A DNA stretch of 64,000 bases from an uncultured Bacteroidales bacterium (GTDB taxonomy: Bacteria; Bacteroidota; Bacteroidia; Bacteroidales; P3), in contig CALUMK010000007.1 of assembly GCA_944321735.1 (NCBI GenBank), positions 17,864 through 81,863 of the forward strand, written 5' to 3'. Of the stretch, positions 35,520 to 44,638 are shown piece by piece (within the stretch, counting starts at the first letter, position 1; every line of letters begins with the position of its first letter). The notes beneath the pieces were generated by a model. The model had not been told where the DNA came from and made no database searches. It saw only the letters and a list, made by a program, of their open reading frames with translations. The translations under genes were made by a program, and so were the position numbers.

Positions 35520-36230
35520 TTACTGCATGAAGACGAACTGCAGGATGTTGACCCCCATTTCCAAGGCCTTGCGATGCGTTTCCTCCTTGTCTCCGTGTAC
35601 TTCGGGCGATTCCCAGCCGTCACCCAAGTCGCATTCGTAGGTGTAAAGGCAGACCATTCTCCCCGCATGGAATAGCGCGAAGGCTTGAGGCCGTTTATTG
35701 TCGTGTTCGTGGATTTTGGGCAGGCCGGTGGATGAAAAGTCGAAAGCCTGCTTGAAGAGGGGGTGCGATGCCGGAAGCTCCACGAACTCCGTTTCCGGGA
35801 AGACTTTTTTCATTTCCCGGCGGATGAACTGGTCCAAGCCGTAATTGTCATCGATATGCAGGAAACCGCCTCCGCACAGATAGGTTCGCAAGTTTTGGAC
35901 TTCGGCCGGGCTGAACACCACATTCCCATGCCCCGTAAGATGCACGAAAGGATAGTTGAACAGATCCGCGCTGCCCACTTCCACGGTGGATGGCAGCGGA
36001 TCCAATCCCATTCCGGCCTGTTCGTTGGCAAAGGCGATGAGGTTGGGCAGCGAAGTCGGGTTGGCGTACCAGTCCCCGCCGCCGTTGTATTTGAGCAAGC
36101 CGATTCGCGTCTGCTGGGCGAAAGCATTTCCGTTTGTACCTAAGCCGTACGAAAACAGGATGGCGATGGCAAGGGAAAAAAATCGGTGACTTTGGCGCGA
36201 GGTTGTTCTCTTTTCGAATGACGTTTTCAT
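35520..36230 (-). CDS. DUF4159-like secreted protein
   Basis: It has a signal peptide, then IGLLKYNGGGDWYANPTSLPNLIAF, YPFVHLTGHGNVVFS, LRTYLCGGGFLHIDDNYG, LPKIHEHD and CDLGDGWESPEVH. These match my recollection of the DUF4159 family consensus. Confidence 0.6.
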   Translation of the reverse strand: MKTSFEKRTTSRQSHRFFSLAIAILFSYGLGTNGNAFAQQTRIGLLKYNGGGDWYANPTSLPNLIAFANEQAGMGLDPLPSTVEVGSADLFNYPFVHLTGHGNVVFSPAEVQNLRTYLCGGGFLHIDDNYGLDQFIRREMKKVFPETEFVELPASHPLFKQAFDFSSTGLPKIHEHDNKRPQAFALFHAGRMVCLYTYECDLGDGWESPEVHGDKEETHRKALEMGVNILQFVFMQ

Positions 36231-36267
36231 GGTTTTGGGCTTTTGCGTTGCGTTCGACCGATAGGAT

Positions 36268-37095
36268 TCATGGAATTTGCCTTATGAATGCCGCGCCCCA
36301 GGCAGCGTACAGGGCGGCTGTCTCGGTTCGCAACCGGCTTTCTCCCAAGCTGACCGGGATATAGCCGTGTTCTACGCATAGAGCCACTTCTTCCGGGCTG
36401 AAATCCCCTTCCGGGCCGATTAGGACCTGCACCTCCGCATCTGCTTTCAAAAGCTTCAGGTAGTCTTTCTTTTCGTATTCCGGGCCGCAATAGGCGATGA
36501 ATTTTTGGAGAGGCCTGTTTTTCTTTTCCTCTGAAAGTAAGGTGGTTGGGAGAGTGTCCGATGTTGCCTGTACGGGGTGGGAGGCTTCGCTCTTTTCCGA
36601 GCGGCTGGCGGAATCCCTGGCTTCCTTGTCCAAGAACGTTTCCAGGCTGCAAAGCCCGTCTATGCGGGGCAGGTACGTATGCAACGACTGTTTCATGGCC
36701 GAGACCGCGATGGCTTCCAGCCGTTCCATTTTCAAGCTTTTCCGTTCCGAACGGGCGCATTGCACGAATGAGGCCCGGCCAAGTCCTACTTCGATGGCTT
36801 TTTCCAGGAACCACTCAGTCCGGTCCATGTTCTTGGTGGGGGCCATGACAATATGGACAGGCGGCCGAGTGTTGCCCTCTTCGTCAGGTCGTTTCAGTAC
36901 CCTGATCACCTGCGCCGCGCAGCAACGGGCGTCCACCACGGCCAACTCGGCATCGCACAGCAGCCCGTTCCCGTCCGTCAGCCGGAGGGCTTGGCCGGGC
37001 CTCATCCGCAGGACCTTGGCACAGTGAAAACTTTCATTTTCGGGAAGCTGGCAAATGCCGCTTTCACTTATTTGAGGCGCATAGAACAAAAACAT
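36268..37095 (-). CDS. rsmE: 16S rRNA (uracil1498-N3)-methyltransferase RsmE, with a ~35-aa low-complexity insertion
   Basis: MFLFYAPQI...HCAKVLRMRPGQALRLTDGNG (PUA-like N-terminus) and LIGPEGDFSPEEV...VSLGESRLRTETAALYA (SPOUT C-terminus). The insert is EARDSASRSEKSEASHPVQATSDTLPTTLLSEEKKNRP. Confidence 0.8.
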   Translation of the reverse strand: MFLFYAPQISESGICQLPENESFHCAKVLRMRPGQALRLTDGNGLLCDAELAVVDARCCAAQVIRVLKRPDEEGNTRPPVHIVMAPTKNMDRTEWFLEKAIEVGLGRASFVQCARSERKSLKMERLEAIAVSAMKQSLHTYLPRIDGLCSLETFLDKEARDSASRSEKSEASHPVQATSDTLPTTLLSEEKKNRPLQKFIAYCGPEYEKKDYLKLLKADAEVQVLIGPEGDFSPEEVALCVEHGYIPVSLGESRLRTETAALYAAWGAAFIRQIP

Positions 37096-37222
37096 AGTGC
37101 GAAATTACGTGTTTTGGGAAAATTGCAAGCCGATGTTGCCCTTCCATGTTGCGGCTTTGTTTGGCAACTTTCATTTTGCGAGGGCAGTCAACAGTTATGG
37201 TTCTTTTCCCGGATTCATTATG

Positions 37223-39007
37223 TTATCCTTGGTATTTGGATGGATGCTCGTCGGATTTCTTCCTGTTTTCTTCTTTTGAGATTTTCAAGTATTGGGCAGG
37301 AGTAAGGCCAATGTATTTCTTGAAGCTGACATAGAATGTATTCCGGCTTTTGAATCCGACTTTTGAAGAAATGTATTCCAGTGTGTAGTTTCTGTTTTCC
37401 GGTTCGGACATGTATTGGCAGGCCCGTTTTATCCTGTATTCATTAACCAAGCTCGCAAAGTTTTTCCCTGTGGTTTCATTGATGGCATGGGAAACGTACG
37501 AAGTGTTTGATTTCAATTCTTTGGATAGTTTTTCCAAGCTGAATTCCGGATCCAGGAACAAGTCGCTTTCATCCATGAGTTGGTGGATTTTGACTATCAG
37601 CTCTTGTCTTTGACTGTAATCCATATTGGACGAAGTGCTTTTCCCGATAGGGTTTGCTAAAGGGAATGCTGTTTTGTTTTGCTTGTCGATAGCCAGCAGT
37701 TCGGCATTTTTCTCAAACAGCAACCTGTTTTTCTGTTCTTCCTGTTTTTTCTGCCGATAGACGTAGAGCAGGAGCAGAAAGAACACGATGGAGACGGAAA
37801 TGCTGATGCCGATAATCCTGTCTTTCATTTTGATAATACGTCCGTTAAAGAACTGTTCGTCTTCGAGCGCGTTGATTTTCTGCTGGTACCTGTTGTTTAT
37901 AGTGCTAAATTCTAAATCTTTGATATGCAAGTATTGCGTATTGGCAAATGTAGAATCGAGAAGTCGGATATATTGGTCTGCCATCCGTATATATGAAGAT
38001 TTTTTCCCTTCTTTCATGTAAATATCGGCCAAGAGGCGGAAATTGTCGCGGATAAGGTTTTCGTTGCCACGCAGCTGGGCGTATTGCAGGCTTTTCTCGC
38101 TATGATATACGGCACTGTCGTAACGTTGCTGTTCAAAGAATATGCGCCCCAAGTGAAAGTGGGCTGAAGAAAAGCCGTTTATGGAGTCTTCCAGGAGAGG
38201 AATGTCTTTCCATATGGCATGGATTGCGGCTTTGGCTGTATTGTATTGTCCTTCATTTAGTTCAAGAAAGGATTGGCCGATTCCTGAAGCAAAACGGCTT
38301 AATGGAAATTCTTTTAATGTGGAATCTTGGGCTTTTGTTATCCAAGGTTTTATTTTTTCGGGATCATTCATGTCCAAGGCGCAGGAAACGGCATTGTTCA
38401 AGATAAAGGAAGCCCCGTAAAAATCTTTTTCCTGTATGGCATCCTCAAATATCTGGCAAAACACGGAATAGGCTTTTTCTACGTCCATGTATTGGGCGTA
38501 CATGATTGCGATATTATTGAGGATTGTGGTTCTGTAACGCTTGTTCTTTGTCTCGTTGCACAAATCTAGCGCGCTTAGGAAATATTGGAAAGCAAGGATG
38601 TTATTATTGGATTTAAGGTGGATTACGCCTAGACGGTTCTGTACTTCCATGTAGGTTTCCTTCAATGGGAGGTCAACGCTATCCAATCGTTTTTTTTCGT
38701 TGAATCGGCGGCATAGGATGTTGAAATAGAGTATGGCGGAATCTGTTTTCCCTTGACTGTAACAGGAATCTCCTTTTTGCAACAGTATGGAATCCGGGAT
38801 AGATTCCATGTGGATGTTTTCGGAGGCATCCCAGAGCCGGTATTCTGGAGGTGTGTTTCGCAAAAGGGAATCGATGGAGACAGGACTATAGAATCGGAAT
38901 GCGGATTGCGCCCCTGCTGGATTATTCAGGAGCAGCAAAGGCAGAAAGAGAAAGTGCAAGGAGATAAAGATGTCTCTTTGTAGCTTTCTCTTTCTGTGTG
39001 GGTTCAT
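37223..39007 (-). CDS. Membrane-anchored TPR-repeat sensor fused to an AraC-family HTH domain
   Basis: N-terminal hydrophobic segment (FISLHFLFLPLLLL), TPR-like repeats, TM helix IIGISISVSIVFFLLLLYVY, and C-terminal AraC HTH (TSYVSHAINETTGKNFASLVNEYRIKRACQYM...GFKSRNTFYVSFKKYIGLTPAQY). The coding sequence is AT-rich. Confidence 0.75.
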   Translation of the reverse strand: MNPHRKRKLQRDIFISLHFLFLPLLLLNNPAGAQSAFRFYSPVSIDSLLRNTPPEYRLWDASENIHMESIPDSILLQKGDSCYSQGKTDSAILYFNILCRRFNEKKRLDSVDLPLKETYMEVQNRLGVIHLKSNNNILAFQYFLSALDLCNETKNKRYRTTILNNIAIMYAQYMDVEKAYSVFCQIFEDAIQEKDFYGASFILNNAVSCALDMNDPEKIKPWITKAQDSTLKEFPLSRFASGIGQSFLELNEGQYNTAKAAIHAIWKDIPLLEDSINGFSSAHFHLGRIFFEQQRYDSAVYHSEKSLQYAQLRGNENLIRDNFRLLADIYMKEGKKSSYIRMADQYIRLLDSTFANTQYLHIKDLEFSTINNRYQQKINALEDEQFFNGRIIKMKDRIIGISISVSIVFFLLLLYVYRQKKQEEQKNRLLFEKNAELLAIDKQNKTAFPLANPIGKSTSSNMDYSQRQELIVKIHQLMDESDLFLDPEFSLEKLSKELKSNTSYVSHAINETTGKNFASLVNEYRIKRACQYMSEPENRNYTLEYISSKVGFKSRNTFYVSFKKYIGLTPAQYLKISKEENRKKSDEHPSKYQG

Positions 39008-39019
39008 GGCAAATTCCTT

Positions 39020-40321
39020 TTAAGCTTTTACATGAATCAGGAAGTAATTCTTCTTGCCTTTCTGTACCAGCACGTAGGCTCCGTTCAGCAGCATGTCCTT
39101 GCTGACGGGGGTCTGTTCTGTGGCTTTTTCCTTGTTGATGGAAAGGCTGTTTTCCTTCAAGGCCCGGCGAACCTCGCTCTTGGAAGCGAAAATGCCTGTT
39201 TTTTCCGACAGCAAATCAATCAAGGAAGTATTCCCGTCAAAAGTGTCGATGCCCGTTTCACTGCAAGGGACCCCTTCAAACACTGACAAGAAAGTGGCGG
39301 TATCCAGTTTCCGCAAAGACTCTGTAGTGCTTTTCCCGAACAGGATTTCGGAAGCTTCCACAGCCGTTTCGTAATCTTTCTGCGAGTGGACGCGGATGGT
39401 AAGATCTTTGGCTAAAGCTTTTTGCAGAACTCTCAAATGCGGAGCCTGGGCATGTTCTTTTTCGATGGCTTCGATTTCTTCCCGGCTCATCAAAGTAAAG
39501 ATACGGATGTAACGAGCCGAGTCGGCATCGGAGCAGTTGAGCCAGAATTGGTAGAATTTATAAGGCGAAGTCTTTTCCGGGTCGAGCCATACGTTGCCGC
39601 TTTCCGTTTTCCCGAACTTCCCTCCATCGGCTTTGGTAATCAATGGGCAGGTCAAGCCGAAAGCCTCTTTGCCGGTAATGCGGCGGATCAGTTCCGTGCC
39701 TGTCGTGATATTGCCCCATTGATCCGAACCGCCCATCTGGAGCTTGCAATTCTTGGTTTGCAACAAATGCAAGAAGTCATTGCCTTGAACCAGTTGATAG
39801 GTGAATTCGGTGAACGACATCCCGTCTGTCCCGGCTTCGCCCGAGAAGCGTTTCTTGACCGAGTCCTTGGCCATCATGTAGTTGACTGTGATATGCTTGC
39901 CAATATCCCGGATAAAGCTCAGGAAGGTCACGTCCTTCATCCAGTCGTAATTGTTGACCAATTCGGCTGCATTGGGCGCATCGCTGTCAAAATCCAGAAA
40001 CTTGGACAGCTGTTTCTTGATGCAGGCCACATTATGGCGCAGTGTCTCTTCGTTCAGCAATACCCGTTCATTCGATTTGCCTGAAGGGTCTCCAATCATC
40101 CCGGTGGCACCTCCCACTAAGGCCAAAGGCTTGTGTCCGCATTCTTGCAGGTGCTTGAGCATCATGATACTGACCAAGTGACCAATATGGAGAGAATCCG
40201 CCGTCGGGTCAATGCCCACGTAAGCGGTTACTTGTTCCTTTTGTAAAAGTTCTTCGGTGCCTGGCATCAGGTCTTGCAGCATCCCGCGCCAGCGGAGTTC
40301 TTCTATAAAATTCTTGCTCAT
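39020..40321 (-). CDS. tyrS: Tyrosine--tRNA ligase
   Basis: Track ORF extends to 40432. ATG 40321 gives [26 protein letters not shown]..., with the HIGH motif (SLHIGHLV), the KMSKS-type motif (KFGKTESG) and a C-terminal S4-like domain. Confidence 0.95.
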   Translation of the reverse strand: MSKNFIEELRWRGMLQDLMPGTEELLQKEQVTAYVGIDPTADSLHIGHLVSIMMLKHLQECGHKPLALVGGATGMIGDPSGKSNERVLLNEETLRHNVACIKKQLSKFLDFDSDAPNAAELVNNYDWMKDVTFLSFIRDIGKHITVNYMMAKDSVKKRFSGEAGTDGMSFTEFTYQLVQGNDFLHLLQTKNCKLQMGGSDQWGNITTGTELIRRITGKEAFGLTCPLITKADGGKFGKTESGNVWLDPEKTSPYKFYQFWLNCSDADSARYIRIFTLMSREEIEAIEKEHAQAPHLRVLQKALAKDLTIRVHSQKDYETAVEASEILFGKSTTESLRKLDTATFLSVFEGVPCSETGIDTFDGNTSLIDLLSEKTGIFASKSEVRRALKENSLSINKEKATEQTPVSKDMLLNGAYVLVQKGKKNYFLIHVKA

Positions 40322-40432
40322 CGGTTTATGGTGTTTTGATTTCGATTCATTTGTTGTGTCGGCTTTTTTGCCTCTGGCTTCCCGTTGGGTATCTTGGACA
40401 GGAAATACTATACGAAAGTACGCATATTGCAT

Positions 40433-40464
40433 AAAAGAAAAAAGGCCGCCTTCCAGAGGCGGCC
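40433..40464 (-). terminator. Rho-independent terminator downstream of the DUF1566 lipoprotein gene
   Basis: On the minus strand GGCCGCC-TCTGGAA-GGCGGCC is followed by TTTTTTCTTTT. The stem occupies 40444-40450 / 40458-40464, and the plus-strand A-run is at 40433-40443. Confidence 0.7.
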
Positions 40465-40486
40465 CATTTTCTTTATTGACGGACTC

Positions 40487-41320
40487 CTATTGCAGGGTTA
40501 CTTTCCTGATAGGACGAACGCACATCTTGGATACGAATGTGCCGCCATCTGCAATGGTCTTCAGCAAATAGCTGATAGAGTTGTCGTTGACAATCCGATA
40601 CCAAGCTGTAGAGGCGTTGAATTCGGTAGAACTCCAATAGGCGTATCCCCTGCCGCCACCGATGGCTGTGAAGTGCGTGGTAGGAATGATGCTATCGGAG
40701 AGAACATGTCCGTCCAGATAGATATCGTTGATTTTGTTCTTGGATTTCACCAAGGCTTCCAGTTCCTGAGCTGAAGGCAGGTACCATTCGCCCTGGCTTG
40801 CCTTGAATGCGGTATCGGCTGCATGGGCATTTTTGTCTGTGTAGTAATGTTGACGGAAGTACGCGCGGCAATCTTTTGCTGCGGAAGATTTGAGGGTCGT
40901 ATCCGCCACAATCATATCCGTAAGGATTTCGCCGTCTGTGATTTCTGTCTGTTCATTGCCATTGGCGTCATATTTCCCGGTTCCGATGGGAAGAGTATCG
41001 TAAGTGCTGCTCCATGCGGTAGCCTTCAAGATCCAATAGTACTCCCGTCCGATAGGTTCATCGGCAACCAGCAGATCCGTGAAAGCACACAGGTAAGCTG
41101 TATTACCATCAACAGCAAAGATGATGCCTTCGGCTTCTGCATTGTTGTCAGTAATGACACCATTCGCTGTGCACATACGTCCCACACGGCTGTCACTCGT
41201 ATTCAACTTTGTGGCAGAAGGTTTCCACGGGAATTCATTGTGCTCGTCTTGAAAGTCGTCGCAGGAGGTGAAAGCCAGAGACCCTGCAACCAAAGCTAAG
41301 AGATAAAACAGCTTTTTCAT
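40487..41320 (-). CDS. Lipoprotein with a DUF1566-like (Lcl C-terminal type) domain
   Basis: Lipobox MKKLFYLLALVAGSLAFTSC. GEWYLPSAQELEAL matches the W.LP...EL signature of DUF1566. Confidence 0.5.
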   Translation of the reverse strand: MKKLFYLLALVAGSLAFTSCDDFQDEHNEFPWKPSATKLNTSDSRVGRMCTANGVITDNNAEAEGIIFAVDGNTAYLCAFTDLLVADEPIGREYYWILKATAWSSTYDTLPIGTGKYDANGNEQTEITDGEILTDMIVADTTLKSSAAKDCRAYFRQHYYTDKNAHAADTAFKASQGEWYLPSAQELEALVKSKNKINDIYLDGHVLSDSIIPTTHFTAIGGGRGYAYWSSTEFNASTAWYRIVNDNSISYLLKTIADGGTFVSKMCVRPIRKVTLQ

Positions 41321-41514
41321 ACTTAAATGAGTGATTTTGTTGTGTTTTTTCCTTTTTGTGTTTTACAAGTTCCTACCCGATACCGCGGTATCAGGAGGCC
41401 AAAGGTAGTAAATTTTTTTATTTAGCCAAGTATTATCAACAATTCGATTCGGAAATGTTGATAATTGGTCACTTGCTTCTTGCAGGGATGCTGGCCGCGG
41501 CTGTTGCCATGGGG

Positions 41515-42774
41515 TCACTTGAGCATTCTGGGTTTGGCAGCAAACAATGCATAGCCAAGGATGAACAAGTAGCAGGGAATAACAATCCAATAGGCTTGGT
41601 GGTATCCGACTCCATCCGCCAGTTTCCCGAAAACGAGCGGGATGATTGCTCCTCCCACAATGGCCATGATGAGCAGCGAGGACCCCGTTGAGGTGAATCG
41701 CCCCAGTCCCTGGATGGCTATGCCCCAGATCGCAGGCCAGATCATCGCGTTAGTGAATCCAAGCCAGACCAATATGTACACGGATGCTAACCCGGGGGTG
41801 AAAATAGCCGCCAGGCTTACCGCTATGCTGGCCGAAGCCGAGAATATCAGAGCTGTACGTTGGCTGAACAGTTTCGGTATGCCGATAATGCCGAGCAGGT
41901 AGCCGATGATGAACGCCACCATGGACATGGCCGGGAAAATCTTGGCCGATGAGGGCGAGACACCCAGGCTGATAGCATTGCTGGTTAATGTGTCCACGCT
42001 GATTACTTCCGCTCCCACATAAAAAAAGAGAGCTATGACGCCGCCCCAGAGGGTCGGTTTTGAAAGGGCTTTGAACTTGTTCTCCGTTTGCCCCGGTTCA
42101 TGTTCTTCCGAAGCCATATCCTGATCCTTGCTTATATCGGGCAGGTTGGAATATTTTATAAACAGGGATAGGAGTGTTAAAAATATGACGATCAGGATGT
42201 AAGGAATGAGGCATTTATGGGCTAGTTCGTCCAGCATGCTTTCTTTGATGGCGAATCCTAATGCGGGGTCTTCCAATCGACGCATGATTTCGTCTTCGGC
42301 CTTAAACGCTACAGTTCCAAATACTAACGGGGCAAGTGCTCCGGCAAACTTGTTGCATATCCCCATGATGCTGATTCTTCTGGCGGCTGTTTCCGGTGGC
42401 CCCAGGATTGCCGCGTAAGGATTTGCCGCCGTTTGAAGCAGAGCCAATCCGGCACCCATGAGGAATAGCCCTGATAAGAAAAACAGGTAGCAACGGCTTA
42501 GCGATGCGGGAATGAAAAGAAGCGCTCCCAGCGCCATGACAGCCAGCCCTACTGTGATGGACTTCCTGTATCCTATTTTGTCGATAACCTTGGCCGATGG
42601 CAAGGCAAAGATGAAATAAGCAATATAGAAAACGAACGTGACAAAATACGATTCAAAATGGTTTAACTCACATGAAATTTTCAAAAATGGAACCAAGATC
42701 GAATTGAGCCAGGTGATGAAGCCGAAAATAAAGAAAAGTATGCCGATGATGGCAAGCGGCGTTTTTTTCAACAT
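41515..42774 (-). CDS. Sugar MFS transporter (FucP/GluP glucose-galactose family)
   Basis: 419 aa with ~12 TM segments. The N-terminus LAIIGILFFIFGFITWLNSILVPFLKISCELNHFESYFVTFVFYIAYFIFALPSAKVIDKIGYRK is typical of GluP/FucP-type permeases. Confidence 0.75.
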   Translation of the reverse strand: MLKKTPLAIIGILFFIFGFITWLNSILVPFLKISCELNHFESYFVTFVFYIAYFIFALPSAKVIDKIGYRKSITVGLAVMALGALLFIPASLSRCYLFFLSGLFLMGAGLALLQTAANPYAAILGPPETAARRISIMGICNKFAGALAPLVFGTVAFKAEDEIMRRLEDPALGFAIKESMLDELAHKCLIPYILIVIFLTLLSLFIKYSNLPDISKDQDMASEEHEPGQTENKFKALSKPTLWGGVIALFFYVGAEVISVDTLTSNAISLGVSPSSAKIFPAMSMVAFIIGYLLGIIGIPKLFSQRTALIFSASASIAVSLAAIFTPGLASVYILVWLGFTNAMIWPAIWGIAIQGLGRFTSTGSSLLIMAIVGGAIIPLVFGKLADGVGYHQAYWIVIPCYLFILGYALFAAKPRMLK

Positions 42775-42832
42775 ATTGAAAGAAGGTTAAACAGGGTACT
42801 TTGCAATATTTTTTCTTTTTGGATGTATGGGC

Positions 42833-42859
42833 TAAAAAGAGAGAATCGACTGGATTCTC
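42833..42859 (-). terminator. Rho-independent terminator downstream of rubrerythrin
   Basis: On the minus strand GAGAATC-CAGTC-GATTCTC is followed by TCTTTTT. The stem occupies 42841-42847 / 42853-42859. Confidence 0.6.
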
Positions 42860-42937
42860 TGATATTATCCAGCCGATTCTTTCTATTCGATTTCTGCATA
42901 TCCGTTTTCCGCTTTGAAATCCGGATATGCCAAGGAA

Positions 42938-43510
42938 TTAATATTCCTGTACTTGCAGTTGGAAATAGGCTTGGGGATGCTTGCAGGTGGGGCAGATTTC
43001 CGGAGCCTTTTCCCCGAAATGCACGTGTCCGCAATTGCGGCAGTACCAGAACACTTTTTTGTCTTTTTGGAAAACGGTACCGTTCTTGACGTTTTCCAGC
43101 AACTTCCGGTATCGGATTTCATGTTCCTTTTCAACGCCCGAAACCATTTTGAAAAGGCGGGCGATATCATCGAAGCCTTCTTCTTTGGCCACTTCGGCAA
43201 ATTTAGGATACAGTTCTGTCCACTCTTCGTTTTCTCCGTTGGCAGCAGCTTCCAGGTTCGACTGTGTGTCCAGGATTTGTCCTGCCGGGAATGAAGCCGT
43301 TATTTCCACCATGCCCCCTTCCAGTGCGCGGAAGAACATCTTGGCATGTTCCTCTTCCTGACGGGCGGTTTCTTCAAAAATAGCAGCAATCTGCTCATAA
43401 CCATCCTTTTTTGCTTGTTTTGCAAAGAAAGTGTAGCGGTTTCTCGCCTGGGATTCCCCGGCAAAAGATTGAAGAAGGTTCTTTTCTGTTTGTGTTCCTT
43501 TTACGCTCAT
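42938..43510 (-). CDS. rbr: Rubrerythrin
   Basis: ATG 43510 gives MSVKGTQTEKNLLQSFAGESQARNRYTFFA... (ferritin-like di-iron domain; EEHAKMF, EKEHE). The C-terminal rubredoxin motif is WYCRNCGH...CPTCKHP. Confidence 0.92.
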   Translation of the reverse strand: MSVKGTQTEKNLLQSFAGESQARNRYTFFAKQAKKDGYEQIAAIFEETARQEEEHAKMFFRALEGGMVEITASFPAGQILDTQSNLEAAANGENEEWTELYPKFAEVAKEEGFDDIARLFKMVSGVEKEHEIRYRKLLENVKNGTVFQKDKKVFWYCRNCGHVHFGEKAPEICPTCKHPQAYFQLQVQEY

Positions 43511-43731
43511 AGCATTATGGTTTTTGAGGGTTATGTCATTATGGATAAGGGAGCGAACCAATCGGATTCAGCGCGCTCCAGTCTTCGATGGCTACGGCAA
43601 AGCCTGAACTTGGCCTTTGCAGGAAAACCATTGCAAGGATAAGGAATTTTTGCGAGATGGTCAAATCATGCTTTGTTTGCAGCAGTTCCTGATTGAATCC
43701 GACTGTCTTTTTTTCGTGCGGCTTTTGCCTG

Positions 43732-44415
43732 TTATTCTATGCGCCCTACGGTGATTTCCCTTTTCCCGGCCGGACCGGGCAGGTTGCTCACCTCGAATCC
43801 GGCTTCGCGCAGATTCCGTTTGAATTGGCCTTGGGCGCAATAGGTCGATAGGAAGCAAGGCGAAGCAGCCGCATTGTGTAATTGTTGGAAAATGGAAGTT
43901 TGCCAGAGTTCGGGTTGGACCGAAGGAGCGAAAGCATCGTAATAGATAACGTGGAAGTGGTTTTCCGGCAAGGAAGTCTCTTGCAACAGACCCTGTATCT
44001 TGGTGAGTTTGAAGTATGGGCTGATGATTCGTGATTTGCCATCGAAGGCTTGTTGGTGCAACTGAAGGAATGTCTCAGCGGGCTGTTTCAAGCAGTCGGC
44101 ATAGTTGAGCTTTTCCCAGATTCCTTTTTCTAAGGGAAAGGCCTCAATGCTGGTGTATTCCACTGGGATTCGGGCCTTTTTGGATTCTATGGCGGTCAGG
44201 AATGTGTTCAATCCGGTACCGAATCCCATTTCGAAGACCTTTACCGATGAAATCCGGCCATCGAGATAAGCTTGGAATGCTGGAGATAAGGCTGCCTGTA
44301 TATAAACCACTTGCGATTCTTGGATTGCGCCGTGTGTGGAGTGGTAGTGTTCGTTTTTGTCGGGCAGGAACAAGGTAAGGCTGCCGTCTTCGGTCTGTTG
44401 GAATTGCAAGTTCAT
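43732..44415 (-). CDS. MnmD-like SAM-dependent tRNA (mnm5s2U34) methyltransferase (DUF752-type)
   Basis: MNLQFQQTEDGSLTLFLPDKNEHYHSTHGAIQESQVVYI, VFEMGFGTGLN and VIYYDAFAPSVQPELW are signatures of the MnmC C-terminal/MnmD family. Confidence 0.7.
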   Translation of the reverse strand: MNLQFQQTEDGSLTLFLPDKNEHYHSTHGAIQESQVVYIQAALSPAFQAYLDGRISSVKVFEMGFGTGLNTFLTAIESKKARIPVEYTSIEAFPLEKGIWEKLNYADCLKQPAETFLQLHQQAFDGKSRIISPYFKLTKIQGLLQETSLPENHFHVIYYDAFAPSVQPELWQTSIFQQLHNAAASPCFLSTYCAQGQFKRNLREAGFEVSNLPGPAGKREITVGRIE

Positions 44416-44516
44416 TTTTTTTTCTATATTTGCCGATTGCGTCGCCGATGCATGATATGCCTTGGCGCTGTATTTGCCGATTTGTTTCGAAAGCCGCTGC
44501 GAAGATACTTTAAAAC

Positions 44517-44598
44517 GCGGATGTGGCGTAATTGGTAGCCGTGCCAGACTTAGGATCTGGTGCCGAAAGGCGTAAGGGTTCGAGTCCCTTCATCCGCA
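44517..44598 (+). tRNA. tRNA-Leu, anticodon UAG
   Basis: The cloverleaf can be drawn by hand. The acceptor stem is GCGGATG/CATCCGC, the D-arm GCG-TAATTGGTAGC-CGT, and the anticodon stem CCAGA/TCTGG with loop CTTAGGA. The long variable arm is TGCCGAAAGGCGT, the T-arm AAGGG-TTCGAGT-CCCTT, and the discriminator A. No CCA is encoded. Confidence 0.9.
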
Positions 44599-44638
44599 CT
44601 TCTCTTTTTTTATTGTTTAACTAAAAAATACAACCACC

